64,000 bases of DNA from Amphiscolops sp. MND2022 (taxonomy: Eukaryota). Shown here one piece after another: positions 25,501-40,074 of the stretch. The notes beneath the pieces are model-generated. The model was given only the letters and a program-made list of their open reading frames with translations, was not told the origin of the DNA and made no database searches. Location: the NCBI GenBank assembly GCA_964187785.1, contig OZ076409.1, positions 33,482,001-33,546,000 of the forward strand, in the 5' to 3' direction. Each line of letters starts with the position of its first letter. The first letter of the stretch is position 1. The translations under genes and the position numbers were made by a program.

Positions 25501-27182
25501 CCTGCCTCTAATTGTAATCTTTCCGGAATGGTTACTATATGTATATTGATCACAGGGCTAATAAAATTGAAGCGAAAATCTAATGATGGTGTATCATCCA
25601 CATTACTTTAACAGCCAGCTACAAAGTCGTGAATTTGGTTCACAGGGTATATGTAGCAATTGTATGAAACATGGGTAAATAGAACAAGGTTATTTGGGGA
25701 TCGAATAAAAATGATGCGTTTGACAAATTGGAGTTCAAGTGTTATGATGTGGTTTAGTTCACCACATCCTTCTTCATCAATATTCGTTCGCTGTTTGTCG
25801 GTTTATTTTCCGTCATTTGTATGTAGGATGGTTATCCACATCATTGTTTGTATTTTCATGCATCAGGCATGACAATCGTGCCAAGAAATTCAAGAGATGA
25901 ACTGACAAAAGTGAATGAAAACAAACAAAAACCGACGCCAACTGGATCTTGAATCCGCGTACCTATCATGTCGCAGCTTTTCGCGCTACCAACCAAGCTA
26001 TCACGTTCTGAATTGCACTACTTTGTGTTGTCCTAAATCCAATACTTCAAAGCATGATAGTGTAACTGGTAGTTCGAACAACAGCAAAATACCCTGTAAA
26101 CAAAATTGATGTGTTTGTTTTACAACTAATTCATTCTCTTGACACTCTTGATAAGACTCTTACCAAGAGTCCTATCAAGAATTACAGGAGGTTTGTGTGA
26201 AGCAAGAATAAACAAGATCTTATCAAGACTTTCAAGAGTAAACGGGATTATGTAAGAATATGCAAGATCTTGGAAACATTATCAAGAGTTTTTACACAGG
26301 GATATTATGTGAATGCAAATTCTTACAGGGTTATCTCTAAAACTGTTTTGACACTTCAGGCGAAAAGTGCACTCTAACTTTTTGATTTTACTATCCAAAA
26401 AACAGAAATTCACGCTTGGAACAAGCTAAAATTATATAAATTGGCCCCTATTTTAACGCAAATTTTCTCACAATAAAAAAATGTAATGAGCAACTTTCAA
26501 TTTACAGTCAATGTAATGGATAGTATTATGCCGACATCAATTACTTTCTTGGACCAAACTTCCACCGCCAACAGTGTCGACAAAATGGTATTTGAACCTT
26601 GCGTCTCATTTCCCGCCTTCGGTCGCTTGGGTGGATTGAAAGAATGGTCCCTTATCACACATATATAAGAAGAAGGATACTTGTCTCATTTGCTGACTTT
26701 CATTCAAACGTGCGTGTTACAGGTTGAAACCGCTACCGACATAGTATCTACCAGTGATTCTCGGTTGGCTGCAATTGTGTGCAATCCAAGTTAGGTCCCA
26801 AAATTATATAGCCAAAAAAAAGAACTATGTGATTTCAGTGGAACTAAAAAAGTTTGGGCGAAAATTCGTCGCAAGCGACAATTCGTCCCAAGCGCATTTC
26901 GTCCCAAGCGACAATTCGTCCCAAATTCCAAAAAGCGACAATTCGTCCCAAGCGTCAATTCGTCCCATCATTTGTAAAAAGCGACAATTCGTCCTAAATT
27001 GTTTTATTGATCAGCTAATTACCAACCTTCAGAAGGTTGAAATGAAAGAAATAATCAAATCAACTACAAATGAGTTCATTTAAGCACGTGACAACAATCA
27101 GAAAATGTTGCACTTTAACGTACTAGTCGTAAAATGTTAAAATTAATTGTTGGTACCTGCCTCTAATTGTAATCTTTCCGGA
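22224..27182. repeat. Three near-identical tandem units of ~1651 bp
   Basis: gaatggttactatatgtatattgatcacaggg occurs at 22224, 23875 and 25526. Confidence 0.97.
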
Positions 27183-27365
27183 TTCATTATTACAAAGTTC
27201 TTTAATGGCAATTAAATTGGGGACAAATTGCAGCTTTTAAATATTGGAACGAATTGTCGCCTTTTGAAAATGGGATGAATGTCGCTTGGGACGAATTGTC
27301 GCTTTTTGGATATTGGGACGAATTGTCGCTTGGGACGAATCGTCGCTTGGGACGAATTGTCGCTT
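26857..27365. mobile_element. Foldback MITE with gcgacaattcgtccc subterminal repeats
   Basis: Direct copies on the left and inverted gggacgaattgtcgc copies at 27245-27365. Left halves also occur at ~23550 and ~25201. Confidence 0.8.
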
Positions 27366-28882
27366 TACGCAAAAAACAATGCTAAAGTTGATCAAAAGTT
27401 TCATTGTAACGAAGTTTTTCAGTTCCAACACACAGGCGTAATTTTGCAGATTATGTTGTTTAAAGTGAAATGAGGTGCAAAAACGGCCAACTTTGCCGTT
27501 ATGGCTTTCTGTCTTTGTCAAACCTACATATGACGTGTATTCTTATACATATACGTATTTTCATAAACCTGTGTAATTGGACGTGAATGAACAAGGCATA
27601 CGTGAGAATTGTTCCCTGAGAGACAAAAAGAAAAGATCTGCTTCATGACAAGTTACCGAAGTAATTACTAATTCTTTGTCGTTTCTACCATATACCAGAT
27701 GTTGGCAAGTCTTGAGGAATTGCTAAGAAGGACTCCAAAAATGGGAATATCGAAATAATTAATATCTGAGTAAACAGAGACTTGGTACGTTTCAATACCT
27801 CGAACTTTCTGAAACTGCACGAAGTGATTATGGGCATTGTTGGGGATTTGGACTGAGCTTTGGGTTCAAATGGCTAATTAAATCTGGCACATGGTCTTTT
27901 AACCCTGAATTGAATGAACCTGGTAAGGTTAAAATGTGAACTACAACGTGCCATTTCCTGAATAACTTTGTCCGACTTTCGAAAGCAATCTCCTGGAGAA
28001 CGTTGACTATTTGAACCGAACGTAAACAAACACTGTTTTCCAAGCATATTGGATCCATAATTACGTCACTCTTGCTACGTCACCAAATGTACTAACTGTG
28101 TCTAAGTTTGAAAAGAAGGGTGAATGAACCATGTCCATATTTTGAAGCCAAAACAAGGCAACAGGTTATCCAAATTAAAGGTATTGTTTGGAGATTGTAG
28201 TTGGAAGTAGTGAAAACGAATGTTGAAGAAAAGAGGTGTTATTGAGGTTCGCCATGTTTGTGTGGTTCAGAAGCTGAAATGTCCACAATCGCTATAAACA
28301 AAACTCGAAAAAATGAATAATCAAAGTAGAAACAGTGCAGCTTACAGCTCAAGAAACTATAGCCGATTCTTAAAATTGATTTTTAAGACACCGAGAAACC
28401 AAGGTTGGAAATTTTCTGACGCTGCTTCTTCGTAACTTTATAGTCATTTTTCATGAATTGAAAATTATTTTTCCCAGAGAAATGACCGAGAGTCCAAATC
28501 CTATCAAAATTAACAGCCTGAAAAACTTTTTTGCATGTTTTTGATAGCATTCTTTAAACTACTCTCAGGCTCTGTTGAAATAAATATTTCTTATCTGATC
28601 GACTCAATCTCGATAAAGTGTAAGATGTGAGACTATATGTTCACTATTCAACTTCAATGTTCCGATGTTCAGTGATTTTACGTCCTAATGATGTATCTGT
28701 ATAAATTGACACATGGACAAGTACTTAACTGTCGAGGCTGTGACATCTAATGTCAGATGTCACATTCCTCCGTTAAATGCTATATCAACATAAATACAAC
28801 TTAGTGTATGACTTTGTGTATTACTAGAAACGGCTGATAAGAGCGCCAATACAGTAGTATAAATTAGAGATACGATAACTTA

Positions 28883-30202
28883 CAGTGGTGAACCTTTCAT
28901 TAAAAACACTACCCTTTTATGACAATTTCAACACAAAAAACTAATTTTTACCAATAAGATGAACATCTATTAATTGAACCTTCTAAACCAAAATAAAAAG
29001 AAAAGAAAATTCGAGAATCCCAAAATCTAGTAGGACCTCCTCTGTTTTCGATTACTTCTGCTATTCTGTCTGGCATTGACAAAACTAATTTCTCGCAACT
29101 TTCGTTTGTTATAACACTCTCCCATGCTAATGAAACATTTCTTACGAGATCGTCTTGTCCCCTGGGGATTATTTACCCGACTTCCCGCTTCAGAATAAAC
29201 CATGCAATTTCTATGGGGTTGATATCCGGATAGTTTTCCTGCCAATCCAATACTTGAAAATTTTCCTCCCGAAAAAATCTGTAAGCTATACTCGCTCTTT
29301 GACAAGGAGCATTGACAAGCATGAATATATAAGTCTGATGTTGTAACACTTCGCTTTGAAGCCTCTCCCGTAATAAACGCTCATAAATTTCTCCATTTAC
29401 ATGTACCCCAGTTTCGTAAATTTTCAATTGACTACAACCATTTCTGCTGATACAGCACCATATCACAATGGAAATTGGATGCTTGACGGTTTTCAATACA
29501 TATCGTTATAGGTATCTTGTACCTGGCGGACTCCGAACAGTTACCCGTTGGTAAAACTGACGTATCATGGTTTCATCGGAGAAGAGATCTTATGCCCAAT
29601 ATTCCAAGGAAAACGCCGCGTACCGTGTTGCAAATTCCAGCCTCCTGTGACGCATGGAAATGGTTATAATTGGTTTTCTGGCTGCTCGGTAACCATTTAG
29701 GTTGAATTTCTCACGTAGGATTCGTCAAAAATAACCAGCGGAAAAAATTATCGAATATTGTTCAAGGACCTTTTTAAGGTCACTGGAAGATGCAGAAGGA
29801 TTACGTTTAATTTTTTGAAGCAAAAAGCGCAAAGTCCGTCCAGAAGACCTTGATTTCTTTTGGAATATTGCTCTGGGTTCTTTGAGAGCCGATGATGCTT
29901 TTTCTTTCCATATTTTGCAACAGGAAGTGGCTGAACTGTTCATAACTTGGGCAATTTTTCGGTATGATAAACCAAGTTTGATAAGCATTATCACTCAGTC
30001 TTTAATCTCTAAACAATGGTCTTTTCTGCGCCCCATTTACTAAATGTATGTTGGAACGTAAGTGTATGTTGAATTCTAAATATTTTAATAACGTTTTCAA
30101 TGTTTTTGAAACCCGGATGTGACATGTGAAAGCAAAATGTGTGAATAAAACTTTCCTATAACAAGAAAATTGTTACAGTTCGTAAGGATGCGTTCACCAC
30201 TC
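28883..30202 (-). mobile_element. Decayed Tc1-family transposon (1320 bp)
   Basis: ta|cagtggtgaac ... gttcaccactc|ta; HTH-like GLSYRKIAQ; FSDE at ~29574; VIWCCIS; WQENYPDINPIE. Confidence 0.92.
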
Positions 30203-30214
30203 TATTACAATAAT

Positions 30215-31511
30215 TGTTACGATATCTGGTCGGTATGTTAGTCCAAACTTTTGGTCTCTCTGGTACGTTCTTCTCATTCGAGTGATTGGTCCATTTTGTG
30301 ATTGATTCTCTGAGTCGTGTTACTTAACCCAAGTTACTTGGTTCCCATAGCGTATAATTGGGTTGTTAGATCTAGCTGATTTTATCGTAGTTGTAGTGGG
30401 TTCACCATTTCCTTTTATCTTAATCTTTTTGATTTCTTCTGTTTCTATGAAATCAGGACAACAATTTTTTATTCTACGACTTATCCTGTTCTCTTCGATT
30501 GTTGCCAGGGCTTCGCACTATTGTTCTTTACTTGTTTTTTCTACGTGCATGCGTAGTAGCATCCTATCTAACCTCTTTAACGGCGTTGTTATAGCTTTGG
30601 TAAGCGATGGCGGTAACTCAGCAGTTGGGTCTCTGATTTTACTGTTCGTTTGTCCTATGAAATCTAAATTGTTGTTGCTAACGTCCTTGTAAGTAGTTTT
30701 GAGGAGCTGCACTTTAGCTATTTCGTTGAGTAAACATTGCCGGATTAGTGTAGCCGGTGATCTGCTGCCGATTTTGATTAGGACGTTGTTGGCCAACAGT
30801 GTTGAAAGGTAAAATTCCTTCATCAATTTTCTGTTGTTTTTGTTTTTTACTTTGTAGTAGTCCTAATTAACTTCCACTGATGAGGTTGGCTTTCAATGTA
30901 TTGTATTTTTCTTGGACTCTGCACTTCTTTTCGTAAGGTCCCCTTTTCTTGCAATTACTACACTAGGCTGACTTTGCTATGCAGTTTTGTTGTCTTGACT
31001 AGTTGGTGTCCTGCATTAGCTGCACCGGTTATCCTTGTTTTTTTTTGTTCTTGGGGACTCCGGTTGTGTTTTTGGTTCTTTCGAAAATGAAATTGTTGTA
31101 CAACTTTTTGGACGGCCTTCGTGTACGTGTTTCACTCCCCTTCCGTCCGTTAAAATGTTTGAATCGTGTAGGCGGTCGTATACGTGTTTATGTATTGGAT
31201 CGTACATGGTTTTGATGGACTTGTTGCAGTTTCTGCTTCTTTATGTCGTAACGTCCACTTGATATGCCTAATATTAAAAACAATGAAAGAAAATTTGATA
31301 CTAGTAGTTCGGCTGTTGTCACGTTGTGGAGCTCAATGTTTTTCTCCGTTTGTATTTTTTCTCTACACGTCTTTACTTGTCTTCTAAGGTTGTCTTGTAA
31401 TTCCAAAAACTCAGCTCTCCTGTGGTGTTGTTTCATTTTGTTAAGGAATGTAACCAGAAAACGAGTAAAATTGATCGAGATCCTTTCACGTTGAATCGTT
31501 AACACTAACAT
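30215..31511 (-). pseudogene. Unclassified fragmented ORF, possibly LTR-encoded
   Basis: Chain of overlapping minus-strand ORFs (31188-31511, 31016-31207, 30518-30826) with no recognisable motif. Confidence 0.35.
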
Positions 31512-32609
31512 TTTTTGTCATCATTACGATACACATCCCGGTTACGAACTAGCAGGATCCTGCTAGTTCGAATTTTGTCCAACCGCGAATAATTTTTTTG
31601 GAAATTTTACACTTGGCACTAGCAAATTAACAACTAGAAGTTATTAAGAAAGGGTGTTTATTCAATGGGGCGTGAGAGACATTTGTTGATGATGCTCACA
31701 TTGGAATAGTGACCTACTTTCATTTGTTTGGGGAGACTTGATTGGGAGGGGTGGTGTTGTTGGATAAGAAACAGTATTTACGTGAGGGGGATAAGGCACA
31801 TGGTCCAAACTTCGTTTTTAGTTCAATAATTCATGATTGGTATTCCATAAACTATTGTTTTTGGTTTGATAAAGTTTCAATTCGTATACACTATTTGTTA
31901 CAACTTTTTTTGATGTTGCTCACGGCAGGGATCAAAATTGATCCTTGTCAATACCCTGGCTCAAACTACCCAGACCAGAATACCAAGTTGAATAATTCAT
32001 TAACCAATCATTCCGGTGACCGTGCTTTGCTCACGACAGGGACCAAAAGTGAAATTAATTGAGCAATTATTGATGAGGGCTGCTTTGAAATTAAATTTTC
32101 TTAAAATTGGAAACCCCGTGATAGATCAATCAATTGTTAAAATTGTACTATATAGTAGCTACAAGGTCTTTTATTTGCACGTTAATACAGGGATCAAATA
32201 CACGTGTTCACGTGCGCAACTTGCATTGAAAGCAGTTTATACGTACTATGCACGGTAGAATTTATTTATGCTCGGTAGCATTATTTATTGAATCATTGTT
32301 TACTTTGATTGTTTTACGATGTGATGGCATGAATTGGAATTAAATTGAGCATTGAGTTTTGAATGCATATAAACATAGTGTAAGTTGGTCAAATTTTTGA
32401 CCACATTCCACTTTTTGCACTATACTTGCAATAAGTGGAAGTTAGTCGAAGTTTTGGCTGAATTACTAAAAAGCGTATTTTTGGACTAACTTCCACTTTT
32501 CACTAACTACGTGCCTTGACTAGTTTACACTGTTTTCCATTACGCGCGTTGACACAGCTACAACCTTCAGTCATAGACCGTCTTGACTAACTTACGCTGA
32601 ATGACCATT

Positions 32610-32900
32610 TTACGGATTACATAGATTACGCTGCGTGACGGAAATCCATTTTACCGGGATGTGTATCGCAATGACTTCTGTTATCGCTGCTTCGCCCAGT
32701 GCCGAGATGAATTGGTCTTTGACCGGGAGGTACAAATCGTCTCTAAATTCTTCGGTTTCTTTGTCTGTTGTCATGGTGTTGAAATCGATGTCCTTCGTCA
32801 TCTTTATGTATTGAATCATATGTCTCCATAATTTTGTGTCTTGTATATCTTGTCATTCGAAAATTGATAAGCTTAGTTTTGATGAGTTTTGTTGTTTTTA
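32610..32900 (-). pseudogene. Gypsy gag fragment
   Basis: VKDQFISALGEAAITE resembles IQEDFIWGIGPEALYQ in the gag at ~17000. Confidence 0.55.
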
Positions 32901-33083
32901 GTTGGCGCATTTTAATAGAAAAATGAGTTCAACTGATACTCTGGGTAGTTTTTCAGACGCGTAAGGTCCACTTTTTTGTTTATTTTTATAACAACTTGAA
33001 TTACGGAGGTTCAAAACACTGGAACCTAGGGACCTCATCAAAAACTAAATAAAATACAAAACAGACGTCGAAAACACGCTAAA

Positions 33084-33415
33084 GATCCCCCCGTCAGCTG
33101 TGTAGGTGTTTTTCACTTGGACTTTTTAAAGAAATTTTTTGGATTGCATCAAAGGACCCCCTTCGGTTTGTTTCGATATTTTGCAACAAAATGGATGAAA
33201 ACAAATCCTAAATTGTCCCCCTTTTACATTTTCAGCACTGTGACAATGTTCAAAGTTCTCATTTTTATTCTTTTCTCGATTTTTTCAAGTCCCCGAAGGG
33301 TCCCCCTTTTTTTTCAAATTTTGCAACCAACTTGATTTTCAAAAAGCCCAAAGGGTCCCCCTTTTACAATCTTGAGCCTTAGATATAGCGACGACTCTGG
33401 CCGTTTGCGGCTTGC
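33084..33415 (+). mobile_element. Family A Helentron/DINE-1-like repeat
   Basis: Same internal blocks and 3' end as 20147-20498. Confidence 0.6.
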
Positions 33416-33816
33416 TACATTATTTCTCTGGATTGGCGTCTCGGTTGAGGGACTTCTGCTGCCATTTTTTTAAATTTGACATTTTTTACTTATCTTACTG
33501 CTCCATAGTGTTTCTCTACTCAATGGAATATTTTTTAGGCAGAACATCTTAATGCCCAAAGCCGCTATTTTTTGGCTAGGCTGTTTTCAGCAACTTTGGC
33601 ACAAGTTTGAATGTTTTTGTAAATATGAATATCCACGAAGTTTGAAGACAAAAATTAGTTACTTCGCAATATTTTTATAGACAAAACGAGAAAAGACTTG
33701 AAAAAGACAAAAAACGATGAGACGTTTTTTACCGTAGAAAATTAACGTTTAATAATTTCACAATTAAAGGTGCTGAAACAACTGATTTCTTTTTTAGTCA
33801 TTTCAGTAAGCCTTGT

Positions 33817-36800
33817 TGTTTACGACTTGCGAAGTTATTGTAAGAAATGAAGAACTTGAAAGACTCTATTCTTCAACGTTAATGTAGATTATGGCAAATA
33901 GTGATGTTTTGTCACTTTACTTCAGATTGCCAGGTTGTGAGTAAATACTAAATTTATTCAATTTCACATAACAAGTTTTCTCACGCTATTTAAGTTATGG
34001 CTAGACCCTACACCCTACCACACTTTCCTCTCTTATAAAAGAGCCCAAAAGGGGGAAGGACGACTTTCTTCAAAAATTGTAGAGTAACAACTATCCCCAC
34101 TATTTTGCCACACTTTAATACTAACAAAGTATCGCTAACGTAAAACAGTGTTTGAACAACACACAGTTAAGGTTTCAACAATCGTTTTATTGAATGATAT
34201 CAACATGTCCATACTAGTTTTTTTAATGAGGTTTTGCGAGTTCTGTATCTCGAAAACACTCGGCAGGTTTTCTTCATCTTCGTTTGACATAGCTTTTACT
34301 TTTGTCACCACGATATTGAGACTCAGGCGATCAGTGTTCTTTTTCTCACTTGCCGAGATTTTTTTCTCCCATTTAAAGGTCCCTTTTGGTTGGGGCTAGT
34401 TTCTTCAGCGTAGTCGCAACCGAATCCTGATTGCATTGAACTTCTGCTTCGCCCTACTGTTTGTCTTCTTTTTTTCCTTCTCTTTTTGGTAATTGTTCTG
34501 TTTCCAGTAAATTCTCTTCTTCACTAGTTTTTTTTGGTGATTGACTTACTTTTGACACTTTGCCCATTTCTATCATTTGCCACCCGTTTGTCCTTTTCTT
34601 TGGTTTTGTCAACTTCTTGTTAGGTGCTTCTTCATACTTTGACTGATCCAGGAACTTGCTGCACTGCGGTTCGTCCTCACTACCTTTCTCCCAAACAATG
34701 TCTCTTTTGGACATAGTCACTGCTTTTCCTAACTTTGGCAAAAATGATATAGTGAGTTCCGACTGCCCTAGCATTTCAACATTCTTTTTTTAAATGCGTC
34801 CTCTATTTTGTTCCACGCATTCTCTTACGCACAAGGATCATTGAATCCGCCTCGTAGCTTTAGTCTTCCAGTTCAATTTCTATGAGTGGATTTTCCTCTT
34901 AAAAATAATTTTTTAATATAGCTGATTTTATTGTAGTCGCTTTTCTACCCGTTTAATTCTCAAAAACTGATTTTCCGTCCGTTTTTTTCCGTTCTCAATG
35001 CAAATAAAATGCTAGAAGTTCCGTTTTTGTTCTGTTCAACTAAATTTTCATCACTTGTTCTAAGTATCTCATTTACCGTTCTTATCATTCTTCCCACTTT
35101 TCCGTTTCCATGGTGGTCACTCGTTGGACGGAAACATTACATGCTTCACGAACCTTTCATCACAAAATTTCAATTGGAGCTTTCACATACCGTACCTGGG
35201 TCCGTTCGTATTCGTTCCGAAGTTCCAAGTGCCGCAATGAAATCTGTTCAAAATTTAATTACTTTTCGCTGTTGAATTTGATGAAAATAATGAGTATGGC
35301 CATCCCGAATTTTTATCTACAGATACCAGTAAACATTTTTCTGTTTATAACCATTTTGAAATGACCCAGCAAAATCGATTAAGAATTCCTCATTCGGTTC
35401 TTTCGCTTCCGGCAATTTTCAGAATTACTTTTGCAATTTTAAACATTCTAGGTTCTTACCTGCTCGTTGGCACTCATCCCAACATTTGTGCTTTCTGCAC
35501 AATCTCTCGGTGTACTTTCCGCCACCAAAAGTCGGTCGCTTCACGCAACATCGCATCTCGTCCTGCGTGCTCGTAGTGAATTGCCCTCAGAACGTTCTCT
35601 CTCATCTCCTTTGGGATCACTAAACGTTCATCCACTAAAAAACCACTTTGGTCAACGCTGATTGAATAATACTTTTCTCTCCATGAATGAGGACGACCTG
35701 AAAGTACTGCCTTTTTTATCTTTTACTATTTTGATAACTTTCTGGATAATTTTATCGGCTTCGTAATTAGCCTGGATGTTTACTAGAATTTGGCGTATTG
35801 CTCTCACTTGCCATTGTTCGTGATTGTTGGCTTCAATCATTTTGTTTACACTTGTGTAACATATGTGCTGATCCATCAACTGTCAAAATAATTATTTTTC
35901 GCTTCATTCCTTCCTATTCTACTTTTCTGCGTTTTTATTGCTTCGTTCTCTTTAGCCAATGCTGCTTCAAGTATCTTTGGTGATACTTCTTTTACAACAT
36001 TAAAGTGAACCAGTTGTTAACAACTCTTCCGCATTTATACTTGAACCTTCGTACTATGACGGGTGACGAGACATGTAATCGGCCATACTCAGTGTTCGTC
36101 CTGGGGTATGCATTACTGTAAAATCAAAAGGTAATAACCTGTCTACTCACCATTTGTTCCCTTTGTTCAACTTTAGCACACTTTGTAACGCTTTTTGGTA
36201 TGATACCATCACAAAACCTGTTCCAGATACGTAAATTTTGAAATTTTCATATGACCAGACCACAGCTAACAGTTCTAGGTGGTTTATTGAGTAATTCGAC
36301 TCTATTTCTGTTTATAATCTCAACTCATAAAAAACTTGTTTCCACTCTTTTTCTTCATTCTGTTGCAGAACTGTACCTAGTCCCTGTTTATTTGAATCAC
36401 ATTAAATTCGTAGTGGTTTATTCCGCTTGCAATGAGTTAACGCCACCACATTCTCACTTCCTCATTCTTTTTCGAAACGCTTTTTGGTGATCTTTTGACC
36501 CATTCCACACAAAGTCTTATATCAATATTGATCTGGATGGAATACATATGGATACCAAGACCGGAACGAAACTATTAAATTGGTTGACTGCACCTAGAAT
36601 GACCCTTATTTTCTATCAATTGTTTCGACGTAACTTTTTTTATAAACCCTCTGTTTTTGAATTGATTGGAGAAATCCCCGAACTTGTCAACATAAAACCT
36701 AACCACCCAATTTTACTTTCTGCAATAAACCCGTTTTCACCTTCAATTGCAAATATGTCTTTGTTTAATTGTTCTTGCTTTGTTCCCTTAGTTACTAATA

Positions 36801-38971
36801 AAATGTTTTCATAATAAAACAAACACTTCTTCAAGTTTAACTTGGAAAAGTTCCCCTACTTTTTGATATTCTGTTAGCATAACCGTCAGACTAGACAATC
36901 CTATGACGAAACGATATGTTCGAGTTGACTCTCCGCCGATAATTTCAAAATTACAATACTTCGCTGCTAACAGATGCAAGGGGACTCGACCATACGCATA
37001 TGTCATATCCACTGATGAACACCATGCCTCTCCATTTTCTGAATCACATATTTCAGCTACCATATCTCACAATCTCTACAGGTTTGGCATTTGGTATTTA
37101 TCTTTATCTATTGCCTGATTAAGTGCACTTGCATCTAACGCTATCTTTACTGAGCGGTCTTTCTTTACTGTGATTAAAGTTGGCTGAAAAGAACATCATC
37201 TTTGATATCATTCACCTGTTCTATATGGTAATCTTGTAGCAACCATTTTTTTTCGCCTGCCTGTTATAATATTCTCGCTTCGTTCTTTAGCCATATCTTC
37301 ACTTGATAGTTTTTCAGTTTTTCGCTTCTTTCGAAGAATTTTGGAAATTCGTTTACCATTTTCTTAGTTTCTACACTCAGTTCGTCTTCCCTTTGTTTTG
37401 AATTACCGTCCAACTCACTTTTTGCAGGTGCAAATGTGTAACGCAGAGTGGATAACTTTTCTCGTCCGATAATTGACTTTGATCAGCTTCTAGCAACTAT
37501 CACTCTAGTCTTTTTGGTGTACGTGTCTCCCACTTCGAAGTTCGCAAAACACACATCCCAAAAGATTGAGCGGCTTTCCGTTGAAATCCACGTTTTTTTC
37601 GCACTTTATCATATTTCTCACTTGCAAGTTTTCATTCTTCATTATTCTCTTCAGCTCGTCCAGTGCGCGAATTGTTACTGGGGACCAGAAATTTATCATT
37701 GTCTTGAAACGATTTCCACTGATGAAGCGTTCCATTAAAAACGGTTTTGTATTTTCTTCTTCCCTGTCTATGTTCAGCATGGTGTAATTGTCATTGTCTT
37801 CTTCTTATTCCTATTACTATTATTATGAATATTATTATTGATTGACCAGCTGCATTTGTCTGCCAGTTGGTTCGTATTTGCCTGATGTTTTGAATTTGGC
37901 ATTTTTCTAAAAAAATGTCGTTCTTCTTTTGGTTACATACGCGTTCCAAATGGCCTTTCCTGCCACAGTGGTTGCACAAGGCGTTTTGTGCCCTGCTGAA
38001 ATTTATATGATCTAGGGTGAATTTCCCTGTTCCGCAACTCCAGTATTCTCAATAACTTTGCTTACTTCCACTTACTGCACATACTGGCTCTTCTTTTATC
38101 TTCTGTTCCTGGTTGATGTACCCGTGTGTCTTCTATCTGCGTAATCCGTCTTCAAAGGCTATCGCGAATTGGAGTGCTTGTACCGGTTTTTTTCCGCTCC
38201 ATACACAGTTTTTTTGGACTTTTTTATTCGCCATGTTCAGTACAATGTCGTACAATAGCCCTTCCGTCTGGTTCCCAAAGTCACATTTTTGCTGCAAGTC
38301 CATTCAATATATTCCAATATTGATGGAGTCACTCAGTTGACATTGCTTTCTTGAGAGGAGCATGTGTGGATCTAGCGTTCTATTTCTTCGTGTTTGGAAA
38401 CACTCGGCGCAGAAATGCAGCATTAGTACCAAATGGATTAGCAGAATGTTTATTTGGAGAAACTTATCCATGAGCATTTTCCGCCCAGTTCTTCTGATAG
38501 AGATGTACAACAGACTAGTTACCTTCCGTTTGCTTGTTTCCTCTTCCAGATTTCCCATCATTGCAGAGACTCGCGGATTTTGTTGGTCTGCCTCTCTGTG
38601 ATTTCAGTCGTCGAAAAGAAAAGTCTTCCCAGTAGTGCCACCTCGAACAACTGAAGCCAATGTTCCGACTCATATGTTGGCCGTTTTTCTGGTTCTTGTC
38701 AGAAGTAGTGTAAACTTGGCACAGATAAATTAGACGAATCATTTGCTGATGATCGCAGCGCGATGTTGACGACTTGCGAAGTGAATGTAAAAACTGATGA
38801 ACTTGAAAAACTGTATTCTTCAACGTTAATGTAGGTTATGGCAAATTGTGATCTTTTGTCACTTTACTTCAGATTGCCAGGTTGTGAGTAAATATTAATT
38901 TTTAATCATTTTCACACATCAAGGTTTCTCACGCTATTCAAGTTATGGCTAGACTGCATCACTCTATCACA
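33817..38971 (-). mobile_element. Old, heavily degraded Ty3/Gypsy element
   Basis: Visibly diverged LTRs 33817-34022 and 38764-38971; TSD CTTGT; PPT 34023-34034; degenerate PBS ~38753-38763; gag CNHCGRKGHLERVC; RT SSVDMTYAYGRVPL. Confidence 0.92.
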
Positions 38972-39703
38972 CTTGTGTTTCGGAATCTAGTCTCCATTTA
39001 GCTTGGTATACTATCAGTCCCCTCTCAGTTGTTTTTTATGAAAAGTTCGAATTGAAAGTTCGGTTTATTATTTATCCATTCTCCTCTTTCCATCGTTCTT
39101 CGGTATTTCCGAAAAATGATTTTTTTGAAAAGCTTGCACGGAAATATGACAATATGAATATGAAAAAATGAAGGGACTTTTTATAAACCCCTCAAACTGC
39201 AGCAGGGGAAGTAAGAAACAAGGTTCTTCAAATACCATTATTTCGACATTGTTTTCGCTCAAATTTCAATCCAATGAAATGATTGATGTCGTATCTCCTA
39301 CATTGATTGAAAGCGGGAAATTGGTCATTGATATAAATGGCCAAGAAATTGTGCTAAAATGGGAGCTTTCGTTCTACCTTTTCATTAGTGGTTCCACAAT
39401 GAACGTGTGAAGTTCAGCATTTTTTCACAAAACATCAAAATGTCAGGGGCGCTTATGGCGAGTCAAAGCAGTGCCAAAACAGCTCTGTTTGAAGAATCAT
39501 TGTCCAAAATCATTAATAAATTTTGCAATAGCCGAATTATCAGGAGTTACCCTAAACAAGCATGAAAGATTGCGACATTCTATTGACATTCCAGGCGCAG
39601 ACTGGCTCTGAAAAGCTTTTTAGAAACAGAAGAATAATCTTTTGAGCGATTTTCCAAACAAGAGTATGTCATCAAGGAGATTTACAAATGATAAAGCTTT
39701 TAG

Positions 39704-40074
39704 TGACCCTTTTTGCTTAGAGCCTCCCCGCAGTGCATTTAAGATTGACGCAAATTTTTCTAGTTAACACGTTAGCAACGGTTTGTGATTGCATTCAGCA
39801 AGCCCCTGTAGGCACCACTCCGATCAGCCGGTCGGTCCAACTAGGACAAGATTTGCCGCCTTTCAAAAGTGACAGCCACGCGATAAGCCAGAGAATGCCG
39901 GACATTAATGTGCATTCAACCTTGTTCAATTAGTCTTATTAGGCCTTCCAATCAGGCCTCACTAGGATCCGGAACACATCTTTCGCCTCCTTCCCTCAAT
40001 AAAGCTCTACTCTCTACGCTGCAACCCACTTTAGGCCATCGCTCGTTCAACCAAGCCTAGGTAATATAGATACA
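39704..40074 (+). mobile_element. Possible solo LTR
   Basis: GC-richer block with TG...CA ends, AATAAA at ~39998 and imperfect flanks tttag/tttaa. Confidence 0.3.

Noticed and set aside
23183..27083. Triplicated small ORFs (MSNFQFTV..., MILGWLQL...)
   Set aside because: They recur only because of the tandem amplification and overlap MITE repeats; no protein motifs.
27730..28260. Coding-looking minus-strand stretch
   Set aside because: No continuous frame or motif.
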